Shown: positions 51,201-62,600 of the stretch, piece after piece
Layout: every line of letters starts with the position of its first letter
How positions within the stretch are numbered: the stretch's first letter is position 1
Assembly (NCBI GenBank): GCA_964187785.1
Contig: OZ076409.1
Span: 32,800,001 to 32,864,000 of the forward strand
Reading direction: 5' to 3'
Source of the DNA: Amphiscolops sp. MND2022
Lineage: Eukaryota
Length of the DNA: 64,000 bases
Notes under the pieces: model-generated
Databases searched by the model: none
What the model was told of the DNA's origin: nothing
The model's input: the letters and a program-made list of their open reading frames with translations, nothing else
Translations under genes and position numbers: made by a program

Positions 51201-54200
51201 TGATACTTCAACAGCATTAAATTTCCAAACTTTGAATTCAGCAGTCACCTCCACGGGATAGAATCAATTTATAAAAATTCCCAGAAGTAACTGTTTCAAC
51301 CTTTAACATTTTCGAAAATTTCAAAATACGAAAATGAAAATTTCGTAAGTTTCAGTGAAAACATAAATTTTGGACTTTGAACTTTGTTACCTTAGAAAAA
51401 ACTACAAGTGACTGATACCTACTTTTCAGACTTGCATTCAGACGAAGCTCAAGAACGATTGATTGGTAAACACTAGTTAGATAAAGAGTTGGATTTTTCC
51501 AAACAAAACGGGTTAATTTACAGTTCTAATACAGTGTAAGTTATTCAAAATCGAGAAAACGACAATCAAAATTGCTTTCCAAAGTCACAGTGCGTTCGTC
51601 ATTTTGATTCTAATAGGCAACTTTCAAAAATTGAGACAACCATAAACCATCTATTCCTCCTAGAAATACTTTCAAAATTGGCATCCGCTAAAATCAAGCT
51701 TTCGACGAGCAAGAAAGGGTGAAAATGCTACCTTGCTACACACCTTCGATCTTACAACAGTGTGATCAATGGTTCGGATTTTTAGTTCTGAAAAACCTTT
51801 AACAATTCGAAATTTGTTTGAAAACACGAGAAATTTCAAGTATTTCCATATTAAATCGAAAAAGTTTTAGAAGTGAGTTGATTGGAAATTGATACAACCC
51901 AAAATTCGAAAATTTGCGATTTTCAAAATAGGCTCCTGCTTTTGAATTGTAGTCGCCAGCTTTAGAAATTTAAATCACACGCTTATACTCACTGCCGAAC
52001 AAAATATCTGAATTTTTCAGCAGGTACTCGAATCGCGTACGAAAAGGTGACTGGAAAAAAGTTGCAAAGTTCAGATTTCAAAACTATTCCTGCTATCGCA
52101 GAAATAATGAAAGTAGGCCCCTGCGGAGAACAGTATCATTTCTGCTTCTAGGCTTTCATGTTCAATAAAAGAAGCATGTCTGGAATAACTGAACACTCCT
52201 GTTTAATCATTACATAGTGCACAATTAATCACTGTACCAGTTTACACCGCCTCTTATTCTTCTCGGTCTGAAGAAAATATATCTACTAAGCGTAGACGAA
52301 GTTTCGCATTCGCATTTGAATGCAGGCAAATCTCTCGGCGAAGAATAATTAACACTCGTTCGCTTCATCTAACTCGCCGTACGAAAGCATAATTACGAAC
52401 TTTTGCTCGCGTCATCTTAATGAATTCAGCGTACGAATGCATAATTACCACTCGCTCGTTCCATCGCACGACAAACGAATTGTTGTCAGCAGCTTGAGAA
52501 ATTTAAACCTCACGCTTATACTCACTGCCGAACAAAATATCTGAATTTTTCAGTATCACGACAAGAATTGTACTGAAAAAAAGTTGAATTCTTCAGATTT
52601 CAATAATATTCCTGCTACCGCAGAAATAAACAAGCTGGGAACGGCCCAAGTCGGCGCCATATCTAAGGCTCAAAAACAGCAAAAGGACTTCAAAGTGTCA
52701 AAGTATTCTCTTCTACGGTACCGGAAAAACCCAAAAGTTGAACCGAATTGGCGCACCAGAGGACACTTTGAGATTTTTCATCCATTCTGTCGCAAATCAA
52801 AAAAAAATTGGAGGGGCACTTTTGGTGAAAAAAAAATTTTGAAAAAAAGTCTCAAAATGCCGAAAAAACTGAAAGGGGGACCCTTTGGGATTTTTCAACA
52901 TCCGCTCTGTCGGAAAACTCCAAAAAAATTGAAGAGGGACCCTTTGGGGAATTTTTTTTTCGAAAAAAGTCTCACAGCGCCGAAAATACTCTAAGGCAGT
53001 ACCCTTTGGTCCCTTTGAGTTTCTTAGATGATGTAAAAATACTACGTTTCCAAATTTTTCGACGCCTTCCAAAACCTTCTGAATCTGAGTAAGAATAACA
53101 AGACGGGAACGTCTGAAGTCGGCGCAATATCTAAGGCTCAAAATGCGCAACTTTTTAAAAAAACTTGAAATTTTTGATTTTTTTCTTTCAGAAAATGTCG
53201 CATAGTGCCGAAAAATGTTAAAGGGGGACCCTTTGGGCTTTATTAACATATATTCTGTTGCAAAATATCAAAAAACTCGAAAGGGGGACTCTTTTGAGAC
53301 ATTAAAAAATTTTCGGAAAAAGTCGCACAATGCCGAAAAAAATCGAACCTTTTAGTCTCGTCCGGTTTTGTAGGTTACGGTAAAAAAGTAAAAAATGAAA
53401 GGGGGACCCTTTTGCAGTAATTTCCGCTGACCGGACTTGGCCTCTTATGCTAGTAGTTTTAGTAGTTTCGATTGTAAGAAAAGTGGCCCAATCAGAGTGA
53501 GATTGTAGTCTGACGAAAAAAAAAGAAAACTAGCCACTGTAAGAGTCGGGCACTTTTCCCTAGAAAAGCGCCGACTAACAAATATAGTCTTTCAACCAGT
53601 TCTTTGGTTGTTAAGGTGAGATTTCGTTTATGATAACTTCCAAAACCGGTGCGCAACATTCCATTTTGCCACTTAAATTTAAACAAGTTTCAAATTAACC
53701 ACAATTGACCTGGGCGTTTTTTTACTATTTTAAACCAGAGCCGCATATGCGGTAAAGGAGTCGGCTTAAGTCTTTTTCCTTCTGACTCTGAGTCTTTTTC
53801 GTTCGAATCGTATGAACAGCTTGTAAGAGAAAATCGAAAAATGACTGTTTTTTGGCCAATTTTGGGCTAATTTTGGCTATGTTTCTCACATCCCAGCCAT
53901 ACGATTTTGATGCCACTGCACATATAGGACTCTAATATGGTGTAGAATAACTGTAGAAAATTTCGTTCGAATCGTATGGACAGTTTTTGAGAAAATCGAA
54001 AAAAGTCGAAAAATGGCTGTTTTTTGGCCATTTTTGGGCTAATTTCGGCTATGTTTCTCACATCCCAGCCATACGATTTTGATGCCATTGCACATAAAGG
54101 ACTCTAATATGGTGTAGAATAACTGTAGAAAATTTCGTTCGAATCGTATGGACAGTTTTTGAGAAAATCGAAAAAAGTCGAAAAATGGCTGTTTTTTGGC

Positions 54201-55844
54201 CATTTTTGGGCTAATTTTGGCTATGTTTCTCACATCCAGGCCATACGATTTTGATGCCTTTGCACACGCAGGGGCCCCTTTGGGTGTAGAATGACTGTGC
54301 AAAATTTCGTGAAAATCGTATGGACAGTTTTTGAGAAATTTGAAATTTTCATGAAAAGGTCGGGAGAAAAAAAAACAAAAAAAAAACAGCACGATTGCAT
54401 AAGTAGTCGAAAATTTTTTCCGACTCCTAAAAAAACTGACAAAAAATTTTTCAATCATCAATATCTCCACAACTACGCGTACCAGAGGAACGAACTATAG
54501 CGCGTTTGAAAGGTCTGATATTGGGCTTTCATTTTGTTCAGGTGAGCCCCTGCCGCCGCGCGCCCCTTCCTTCAGTATTTTAGTCTTTTTTTCCGGGACC
54601 GCCGCTTTGCGGCAGTTCCGCACTTCGTGTGGCCCACTGCGCGGGGGCTTGTAGTAATAAAAGAATACTATAGGGATTTGTTGCACCAGGACTTGTTGTG
54701 GAAGGGCATGTGGTTGGTTTTTTCTATTGATCAAAACCTTTTGAGAAAATGGATTTCGTCAAAAACTGAATTTTGAGAATATATATCTATTTTTTGTGCA
54801 ATAATCCCAATTTTCTCAGCATTGGAGACATATTCCCTTTTTCTAATGCTTGCGCCATTCAAATCAATCTAGGTACAAATTACGTGTTGAAAAAAAACTG
54901 TGCTAGAGAAAATGGGCTACTGGCAAATGGAATCAGAATTTGGAAAAAAGGTAGGCTGCTTTAAAGCACCGCTAGGTTCATTGGGGTTAAATTTTAAACA
55001 AGACATTTCGAATGCTCGTGATTTTTTCTGAATCTTTGATAGTTTTCTACTATTTCGAAGTAAACTATAGTCTGAAACATTCCCCACAAACAGAATTACA
55101 AAATTTTAATCACATTATTGTATTTGTTCAAACAGTGGTCCACGGAACGATTACTAAACTTTATTAAACGATTATAATTTTGAGTTACAACCATTTACAA
55201 GTTTTGAACTGCAAATTTTGAAACGCTGAAAGTTTGCGAAAGGACAAACAAAATTACAGAACCAATCAAACGAAAGATTATATTCATTAAATGGTCACTC
55301 AAAACTACAATTCTGATTGGTTCAGTAATTTTGGTTGCCCTTTGCAAACTTTCAACGTCCCTCGAAAAGATTAATACCCAACGTGTTTGTTTAAACTTCC
55401 CACAATACGCTTTAAAAACTTACACACGCAGAAGCTACAGTTCAAAATGTTACGCTTGAACGTTTATATACTTTTCAGTTGCCATTCGACGAAGCATTGC
55501 ACTTCGCACGCATGAACAAACTGACTTTGGCAGTGATCTCATACGACGACAAGATGAAAGTTGCTGAGAAGATCAGGCCCCAGCTAGGAGTGTATGTAGG
55601 TGCAACCAGTATTCTGCGAGGCAATAACGAGTTCAGCTGGATGTACACAAACCAGTCAGTGGTGTTCTTCAGAAACGAGAAGGACAGATTGGAGACTATG
55701 GACCCTTGGAGAGACCTTTGTCTCATCCTGGCCAGTAACGGAGAGTATTATGCAGCCGTTTGTGACGAAGGCATCTCTACACTGATTGAAGCCAAACACC
55801 AGACTGACTTCATGAATGTAGAAAAAGGCAATTTCTGGTATTAA
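42250..55844 (+). CDS. Type II membrane protein with several C-type-lectin-like domains, multi-exon (exon linkage partly inferred)
   Basis: N-terminal TM (GLLFLITFITLIIGIVL). CTLD motifs CYC..TWQQAKDTC..PLWTSL (42250-42699), GEQWID (43869-43929), YCVQ..VVDC..FCI (from 44252), YWNGV..RILCE (~44774-45060), ~46363-46620, WEATKC..VCTF..KCYV (50671-50873) and PFDEA..LAVI..VYVG..FSW..CLIL..VCDE (55479-55844). AG/GT signals at the exon ends. It could be more than one gene. Confidence 0.65.
45474..45874. mobile_element. Short non-autonomous repeat, also nested in the piggyBac-like element at ~53731-54432
   Basis: aaaccagag(t/c)cgcatatgcggtaaaggagtcggc ... ccgactcctaaaa (inverted AGGAGTCGG/CCGACTCCT). 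It has one copy of the unit that is tandemly repeated at 53790-54330. Confidence 0.7.
47030..47103 (-). ncRNA. tRNA-like (Thr-CGT-like) pseudogene within a repeat
   Basis: Minus strand TGGCCTAGTG (A box), ATCGTAA loop, GAGTTCAAATC (B box), then a T6 run. Confidence 0.45.
47178..48539 (-). mobile_element. Internally deleted hAT DNA transposon
   Basis: TIRs CAGGGAGACCAC / GTGGTCACCCTG, perfect 8-bp TSD CGATCATG (47170-47177 and 48540-48547), and subterminal AGCAGAC repeats. The minus-strand transposase remnants include a BED-like N-terminus (EKFPWA..LSRHVETSKH) and a hAT dimerisation motif (SHNMIVESGFS). Confidence 0.92.
48950..49232. repeat. Small inverted-repeat element
   Basis: TCAAACAGCAGAATTCA (~48955) pairs with TGAATTCTGCTGTTTGA (~49213-49229). 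Confidence 0.5.
49265..50452. repeat. Direct duplication with a ~650-bp period
   Basis: cgaaaaattgacaa..ttcaaatgcacactagttaagctggga..aaaatcgctgtcctcatttgaggac occurs at ~49265-49775 and ~49914-50452. Confidence 0.85.
50925..51108. mobile_element. Tc1/mariner-pogo (Tigger-like) MITE
   Basis: TIRs CAGTCGAACTCGGATAAAAGAAAC / GTTTCTTTTATCCGAGTTTGACTG, TA TSD, and internal GATAAAAGAAAC repeats. Confidence 0.9.
52113..53690 (+). mobile_element. Composite repeat: TAGGCCCC-family backbone with two Helentron/HINE-like inserts (from ~52629 and ~53097)
   Basis: Backbone homologous to 36260-38130. Inserts start AACAAG..AAGTCGGCGC(C/A)ATATCTAAGGCTC and carry GGGGACCCTTTGGG units. The last ends GCGCCGACTAA at ~53578. 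Confidence 0.7.
53699..54986 (-). mobile_element. Non-autonomous piggyBac-like element containing a ~172-bp tandem repeat
   Basis: TTAA at 53695-53698 and 54987-54990. Ends CCACAATTGACCTGG / CTAGGTTCATTGGGG. Inverted homologue of 33230-34552. About three 172-bp units at 53790-54330. Confidence 0.8.
55200..55450. repeat. Fold-back (hairpin) MITE-like element
   Basis: acgctgaaagtttgcgaaagg..aaaattacagaaccaatca pairs with tgattggttcagtaatttt..cctttgcaaactttcaacgt. The outer ttttgaactg / cagttcaaaa also pair. Confidence 0.65.
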
Positions 55845-57396
55845 CTCCTTGTTTCTTGAGATGAAATGCATATACAGCGTGACCCTCCAATACATGTAAC
55901 AATTCCAACCCACCCAGCAGATTTCTTACTTGTGAAATTGATACCAAATGTTGAACTTTGACAGCTGACAGTAATCTGGATAGCGACACTGGGTTCATTA
56001 GATTACGATCGGTTTTCATAACAAAGAAAACATACTAGGAATCGCTTCACAATGAGATGTATGTTACCGTTCTCATGTTCTATGAATGCGAACTACGTAA
56101 AATATGAGGTGCAAGTACTGCTTATTGAATCGAATCAAAAGAGAAACAAATGATCAAATTTACGAGCGTACAACCCATGTCTTTTTGAGCCTCAGTGTAT
56201 TTATACAGTATCCCATTTCATGCTATTTATATTGTTACAGCTTCAATTGAAATGAACTTGATATTTTTCAATTCGATAATTTGCTGTAGTAAACCTTTGA
56301 TCTCTCAGAATAAAAGCGCGAATGCCAAAAGCGACCCAATAAGGCGATAGAATGCTATGTATGTGAGTGATGAATATGGAGCAATAATGGATTCCAAACA
56401 TTTTGCACCGCTATTGCATTTCGATATGCTAAGGAAAAAGCAGGCAAATACACAGGCCAAATAGGGTTCGATTCTCACGGACAGCACAAATGACGACTAA
56501 AGTGCATGTTGGATATTTTTCAGTAACAGTCTCTTAATAATTATGGTTACAAGAGGCTCGCTGATTACAGGGATATTTTCCGCCCTCAAAACATTCAGAA
56601 ACAATATTGAACTTTACATTGCACAAAACCCAAAAATGTGTAAATATAAATCAGGGTTTCAAGCCCCAGAGATAACGTAACTGATTATGAAAATTTCTAA
56701 AATTTACTGAAAAAGAAAAAATTCTTTGTTTTAAAACACGTGTTTTCCTGTTTTAAAATAATGACAACCATGGTAGAGACTGCTTTTAATTAGAGGTGGT
56801 TGACGAACCTCTTATCTGTCAGTAGTTATACAGTGTTCACCGGCAACCAGGGACACTATAATAGCTGCAACAAAAATCCATTGGTGTGAAGAGACAAATC
56901 AAAAATAACCTGTTTCTTGAACACTCTTCCAACAATGTCTCTTCCGATTTCTGAGACTGAAGGCAATCGTTGGACAGGTACGTTAGACAAAGTAGACGCG
57001 TTGCTGGCCAATCTCGATCTGGCAGCGGCGGCCGAACTGGCATAGCCGCCTACTGCGTACTGACCCGATCTGGACCCGGCAGTTGAGTTGAACCGTCTGA
57101 TAGACCCATCCAAAAACACGCTATCACTGCCCAGACCTAAACAATACATTGATTAGAGTAAAAGTTTCAAATTCCCCGTTGCAAACATCAATAATTACGG
57201 ATTCAAGTGCAGAACAAAAAGTTAGAGATGATACACAACGAAAACCGGAACTTCGAGCGACCGATACCAAAATGTGATGAAAAGCTGACCAGATTAAACT
57301 TTAACTTTCCTACTGCAATTTGACAGGGTGCAGATAACTTGAAGCTAAATCATGCTTTGAACATCTAAGCGAAATTTAGAGCATCTGCAACACCAG

Positions 57397-58045
57397 TTTT
57401 CAGTCGGCGCTTCATGAAGTGAAACGCGACTATTATAGTGGTTTTTCTTTTTCAATCCACACGAACTGACCAAAATAGTTCTTAAAAGTTCTACAAAACA
57501 TTATTGCACCAAATTGCACAATTTGGTCTAGCGAACAGAACCAAAAAGGTTTTTCCTGTTTTCCCGCGTACCATACCATACCCGGGGAGACCAAAGGGTC
57601 CCCCTTTCCAATTTTTTTTCGGCACTGCGAGACTTTTTCCGGAATTTTTTTCCCCAAAGGGTCCCCCCTTCAAGTTTTTTGCTGTTTTGCGACAGAATGG
57701 ATGTTGGAAAATCCCAAAGGGTCCCCCCCCTTTCAGTTTTTTTCGGCACTGAGATTTTTTTCCGAAAATAAAATTTTTCCCCCTTCAATTTTTTGATGTT
57801 TTGCGACAAAACCCCTTCAACTGCGACAAAAATGTTGACAATTTCGGAAGTGTCCCCCTTTCAGCGCGCCAGGGGCTCGCGCTAGCGGGCCCCGGCGCGC
57901 TACTCGGTCCATTTTTTGAAAAAAAAATTTTCGTAAAATTTTCGATTTTCGAATACTGTAAAAGAGAATACTTGACACTTAGAAGTCTTTTTGCTTTTTT
58001 TGAGCCTTGGATATGGCGCCGACTTGGGCCGGTCCCGGCTTGTTT
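57397..58045 (-). mobile_element. Helentron/HINE-like non-autonomous repeat, shorter copy of 37263-38107
   Basis: Near-identical ends (agtcggcgcttcatgaagtgaaacgcg ... gacttgggccggtcccggcttgttt) with fewer internal AAAGGGTCCCCC units. Confidence 0.8.
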
Positions 58046-59578
58046 CATCGTATAATAACGTTTGAAAATCAATTCATCTTTCTGAAACAGGCTCAATTCC
58101 AAAATGAAATGAAAATGGTAGCAAATTTCTGGACAAGCGGCAAAATGAACTGGCAAATGTATGATGGTAAACTGGGAAAACACGCTGTGATAAAATGTAT
58201 GGATTGAATGTCGGAAGTCAACTGCAACAATAACGAACCACGATTGGAAATTGCGACGCGAAAGTTGGCCTGACGGTTCAAATAAATAAAACAAATAAGA
58301 CAGGGGCGAACAATTCAAATTAAGACTGAAAATCGGGGAAAATGTTACCAATGTTGCCGTGCAAAAAATACTTACATATCTAGCAAACTATTCTAATAAC
58401 AGTGGAATATCTAAATACTTTTATAGTAAATATTGACATATAATTTCTAGGACATGACAATTTGTTTTTACCAGATAGAGAGATAAACAGCCATTTAAAA
58501 CGCTTGAAGCCCAAATAGCGAGAAGTTAGTAGCTTTCACATCACAAGAACTTCAAAAATTCAACAAAAAATACATCAAAGTATTATGACATTGAAAACTG
58601 GTTTAATCAAAAAACATCGAGGAAGGGCAATCATGATTCCGGGAAAGCATCTGGGAGCATTCTGAATAAACAGGTAGACAGGTCTGATAGCTCAACAATA
58701 CAAACCTCCGGGGTCACCTTTCACCTCTTTGTCACTTGTTTCATTGGCGTCCTTTTCAGCTGGAGTAGTGACTGTGAAAACAGTGATAAATTTCTGACAA
58801 CGAATAACCAGAAAATAATTTCAGAGCAGCGAAATCAATTGAGAAATTTCACGCTAGCAATTCCGGTGCATTGAGGTAGAAACCTTTTTAAGTTTTAAAT
58901 GGCACTTTCTGTCCGAAGTCCGACTGAGTTTTCATAAGAAAATACATTGTTTGAATCGCAATGTACTCACTTGCAGAAGCAAGAAAATCGAACTCGAATC
59001 CATATTGGTGCTGTTCGTCGGGTAGAACATCTTTCATTCCACCAAACCAGAATGATTTGTATCTGAAGCAATGCCCAAACTCAATTTGCTCATTTAAGGT
59101 ATGTAAGAAAACTGGGGTTTGCATTCAGTTTCTTTTACTCTTTCAACTCATTCAGAGCCGTCCAGATTGATTGGTGGGTCTGAAGTTTTAATGGCAAAGA
59201 AAACCAAAAGAGAGAAAATAGACAGTTCCAATCAATCTGGGTCTATTAGTTTGTAATTGAAGAAATCCTATGTCAACAGTTTCTACTTCTTACCAAAATA
59301 TCGAGAGAGGTAATCGTTTTCGTTCAACAACAATTCAACAGATATTTTGAGAAGTTTTCACTGCAGTTGAATCAAGACAAGTTAAAGTTATCAGATTAGT
59401 TTCAGAAAAGTTTTGAGAAAGTTTTCAGGCAAGCGGAAGTTGTCTTTACTTCTGTTGAAATCCCAAATTAGTTTCAAATGTTTGAAGTCAGTTACATTGA
59501 ATGCCAAAGCAGGTTTTGGACTTTTCAACAAAAGGCCGTTAACTGTCAGTAGTAAGGGAAGGGGGGGGGGGGGTTTAC

Positions 59579-59684
59579 TGCAATTTTTCGATCCCAAACC
59601 ATCATCTGCAATTTTTCGATCCCAAACCACCGAGTGTAAAATTTCGATCCCAAACCACCGAGTGTAAAATTTCGATCCCAAACC
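59579..59684. repeat. Subterminal ~28-bp tandem repeat (x4) in the putative Polinton TIR
   Basis: The core TTTCGATCCCAAACC is repeated four times. Confidence 0.9.
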
Positions 59685-60173
59685 GAAACTCTGCTGTCAT
59701 AAAGGTCAAAGTTTGAATTCACTCCAACTGTCATTTTTATTTGCTAATTACACCAACTATCATTTCGAGCGAGACAATTACTTATCAAAACGAAGAAACT
59801 GAGGAAATCTGAAAAGTCAACGGAAACTGACGTTTTACTAACACCAGCTTAGATTTGCAGAAACTGCAAATTCTTTTTCAAAATTGAATCACTAACCCGT
59901 ATATCGGCACAGAACAATTCCAGTTGAATAAAATAAATCTCGAGCTTTTGATAATAGAGGATGTGAAATGACGTACTCCGGTAAACGGAAAACCTGCAAA
60001 AACTGAACCAGCAGTATCTTGTTCCTATATTAATGCTGGAATCATGATTGAAAATTCCGTGACTAGAGGAAAATTCCGTATCGAGGAGTTAACTAAAAAT
60101 AAATCAAAACCGGCCATTTCTTTGCTGATTAGTCTCAAATTCAGTTGGTTTTGACTCTATTCAAGTTATTCTG

Positions 60174-61031
60174 ATGGCGACTGTGTTCAGGGAAATTCCA
60201 TCGAATTACTGGTTGATTTTATTCCACTCTGAAAATAACATCTCAAACACTTCTCAGGAAACAGAAACTGAGGCTTCAGGAGCAGCTTGTATTCCAACTA
60301 GTTTGTCTAATTTGTTGAAGATCCTCGTTTGCTCGCATGATGCGCAATATATCAGACGGCAACACAAGGAAAACGATTGCAACCATGGAGAAATGAGAAG
60401 CTTCTGTGAAAATTTCCCTCTTGATCATCATCATGTATTACTCTACATTCCCAACTCCACAAATATTCAGGATGTGTTGAAACAGACTATGACACAAGTT
60501 CTATCAACAGCACAGAACGCGTATGCGAAGATTTTCACTGTTTCTTACCCCGAGAATTTTATAAAGTCAGAGGCAGCTGTTTCAAAAAAAAATTCCTTCT
60601 GTATTAGAGGGGAAAAAATTCAATATCTAATGAATCAGAAGACAACTGTAGATTTGGGATGCACATTTAATTGCGTTTGGGAGTATCAAAAGCACAATTC
60701 ACTGGGAGCATGCAACGACAACGAAAAAGCTCTGTACGTCTTCCAAAAACTATTAGAATTGGAAAAATCGGAATCGCCTTTCAAAGATACCATTGTATCC
60801 TACATCGATCTCCTACAGAGAGGAGCAGGCAGACTTTTCTTGTCTGAACACAGTCGCACCCTAGATATCGACTTAGGTTGGACAAATGCTCAGTGTATGT
60901 GTTTCGATTGCTTGAATCAACAGCCTATGCAGCAAGAGGGAACAGAAAGTGAGAGAAACCGAAGTTATACAAATCAACTGTTTTCAGTGTATGATGAAGA
61001 CACGCTCATTGATACATCATCATTATTGTAA
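60174..61031 (+). CDS. Polinton ORF of unknown function (285 aa)
   Basis: Long uninterrupted ATG-initiated ORF, first in the viral gene cluster. Cys/His rich (e.g. CMCFDC). No family recognised. Confidence 0.75.
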   Translation: MATVFREIPSNYWLILFHSENNISNTSQETETEASGAACIPTSLSNLLKILVCSHDAQYIRRQHKENDCNHGEMRSFCENFPLDHHHVLLYIPNSTNIQDVLKQTMTQVLSTAQNAYAKIFTVSYPENFIKSEAAVSKKNSFCIRGEKIQYLMNQKTTVDLGCTFNCVWEYQKHNSLGACNDNEKALYVFQKLLELEKSESPFKDTIVSYIDLLQRGAGRLFLSEHSRTLDIDLGWTNAQCMCFDCLNQQPMQQEGTESERNRSYTNQLFSVYDEDTLIDTSSLL

Positions 61032-61078
61032 AATAATTGTTGAAATTCAGTTGCTTCTCAATTCAGCTTTTACTAACA

Positions 61079-61486
61079 ATGTTTTCATCCGAAGATATTT
61101 GTCACAACTTTGTCAAAGTAACGTATTGGTTTCCGAAAAACTCAACTTCTAAAAATGCATTTCTCGCAGTATGTTGGTCTTTGGATGAAACAATTGATTT
61201 GCACAAGGTCAATTCAAAGGCGCCTTTTGGAGGTAATATTGGTCCAGGTGACAGTAGCCTCCATGATCTACTAAAATTTTCAAAAATAATCCGAATGCAC
61301 GCAATTTTCCACGACGCCCATGGCTACATGCGAACTGAAAACGGTATTGGCCCTGGTTATGTCTACACTTTGACTGACAAAAAGTTATTCCGGAATAACA
61401 TGCTATTGGGACACTTCTCAGGAATTCTCTATTGGACTTTCGTCAAATTTTTCAACTCTGAGTACTTTGAAAAGTTTCCATTTTGA
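61079..61486 (+). CDS. Phospholipase A2-like protein (parvovirus VP1u / adintovirus PLA2 type)
   Basis: PFGGNIGPG (Ca-loop-like GPG) followed by HAIFHDAHGY (HD catalytic dyad). The first ATG is at 61079. Confidence 0.6.
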   Translation: MFSSEDICHNFVKVTYWFPKNSTSKNAFLAVCWSLDETIDLHKVNSKAPFGGNIGPGDSSLHDLLKFSKIIRMHAIFHDAHGYMRTENGIGPGYVYTLTDKKLFRNNMLLGHFSGILYWTFVKFFNSEYFEKFPF

Positions 61487-61548
61487 TCATTCTTGCTCTG
61501 TTAATCGCTTGAAGCAGTCGCCTCCAAAACTCTGTCAAATCAAAAGTG

Positions 61549-61902
61549 ATGACAAATTTTGATACGAATAGTTCTAGTGGATATATCAGTGAACTCTCTC
61601 TGCACAATACGCAAGATCAACCGGATACAGCCAACTTTTCGCAGTTAAACATTGATAGAATTGTATTCGACGAAAATAATCAGGAAAGACCACCGTTCAA
61701 TTTCGGTCTCTGCTGTGGTAGTAACTGTAAATTTGACCGATCACTCCTAGTGATATTGATACACCACTTGATTATTTTTATGCTGGTTGTGTTTTGCATC
61801 ACTTTCCTAACAGTTTGTGAAACCGAAAACAGATTTGCTTCAGGAATACTTGCGCTTTTGTCTGCATGCTTGGGCCACATTCTCCCAGCTCCTAAACAAT
61901 GA
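61549..61902 (+). CDS. Small viral membrane protein (two hydrophobic helices)
   Basis: LLVILIHHLIIFMLVVFCITFL and FASGILALLSACLGHILP, preceded by CCGSNC. Its stop overlaps the ATPase start (ATGA). Confidence 0.7.
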   Translation: MTNFDTNSSSGYISELSLHNTQDQPDTANFSQLNIDRIVFDENNQERPPFNFGLCCGSNCKFDRSLLVILIHHLIIFMLVVFCITFLTVCETENRFASGILALLSACLGHILPAPKQ

Positions 61903-62600
61903 ACAAGCGAATCAGTACGGAGCCTCATTGCTTCATTTCTATTGTGGGACCAGCAGGATGCGGGAAAACACAACTGGTTGGGCGTATGATTTCCAATCAG
62001 GAAAAAATATTTTCACCGCGCTTCACAAAAATAATCTACTTCTATAAACACTATCAACCGCAATATGGAAAAATTTTAATGGAAAGCGAAGCAAAAAGTA
62101 TAGATGTGGAGTTTGTTCAAGGATTGGATTGGAATGCTTTGGAAAGAGCGGAAGCTCTCAAAAAACGAATTCTTTTGGTTTTGGATGATTTGTTTGACGA
62201 AGCTGCCCCAAGCAAAGAGTTCCTAGCAATTGTAATTGCAGGTCGCCATCGAAATGTTCATCTAATGGTTCTGCGGCACAATTTGTATCAGCAATCTAAA
62301 AATTCAAAAACAATCGACCTAAATGTGACCCAGATTATTCTATTCAACAGTCCAAGGGATTCAGAACAGATTGGTATCCTGGGACGACAGCTGGGCGAGA
62401 GGCAAACAACTATCGATGCATATAAAAGAGCTACTCGGAAACCTTTTGGTCATTTGATGATCGACCTCGACGTGAGAAGTAGCAAACTGTTGAGGTATTC
62501 CTCGAATTGTTCTGGCGAGGGACCATCCGTTTTCTATTGTTCCACTGACAAGCTTAATTTAAACCTTGAGAATGAGTTTACAAAACTATTATACAGTTGA
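61899..62600 (+). CDS. A32/FtsK-HerA-family DNA packaging ATPase
   Basis: Walker A GPAGCGKT, Walker B LLVLDD, arginine-finger motif GRHRNV, and the Polinton-type tail ATRKPFGHLMIDL. Confidence 0.93.
   Translation: MNKRISTEPHCFISIVGPAGCGKTQLVGRMISNQEKIFSPRFTKIIYFYKHYQPQYGKILMESEAKSIDVEFVQGLDWNALERAEALKKRILLVLDDLFDEAAPSKEFLAIVIAGRHRNVHLMVLRHNLYQQSKNSKTIDLNVTQIILFNSPRDSEQIGILGRQLGERQTTIDAYKRATRKPFGHLMIDLDVRSSKLLRYSSNCSGEGPSVFYCSTDKLNLNLENEFTKLLYS

Noticed and set aside
59579..59684. CRISPR-like short repeat array
   Set aside because: The intervening bases are short and themselves repeated. The eukaryotic context and position fit a Polinton subterminal repeat.
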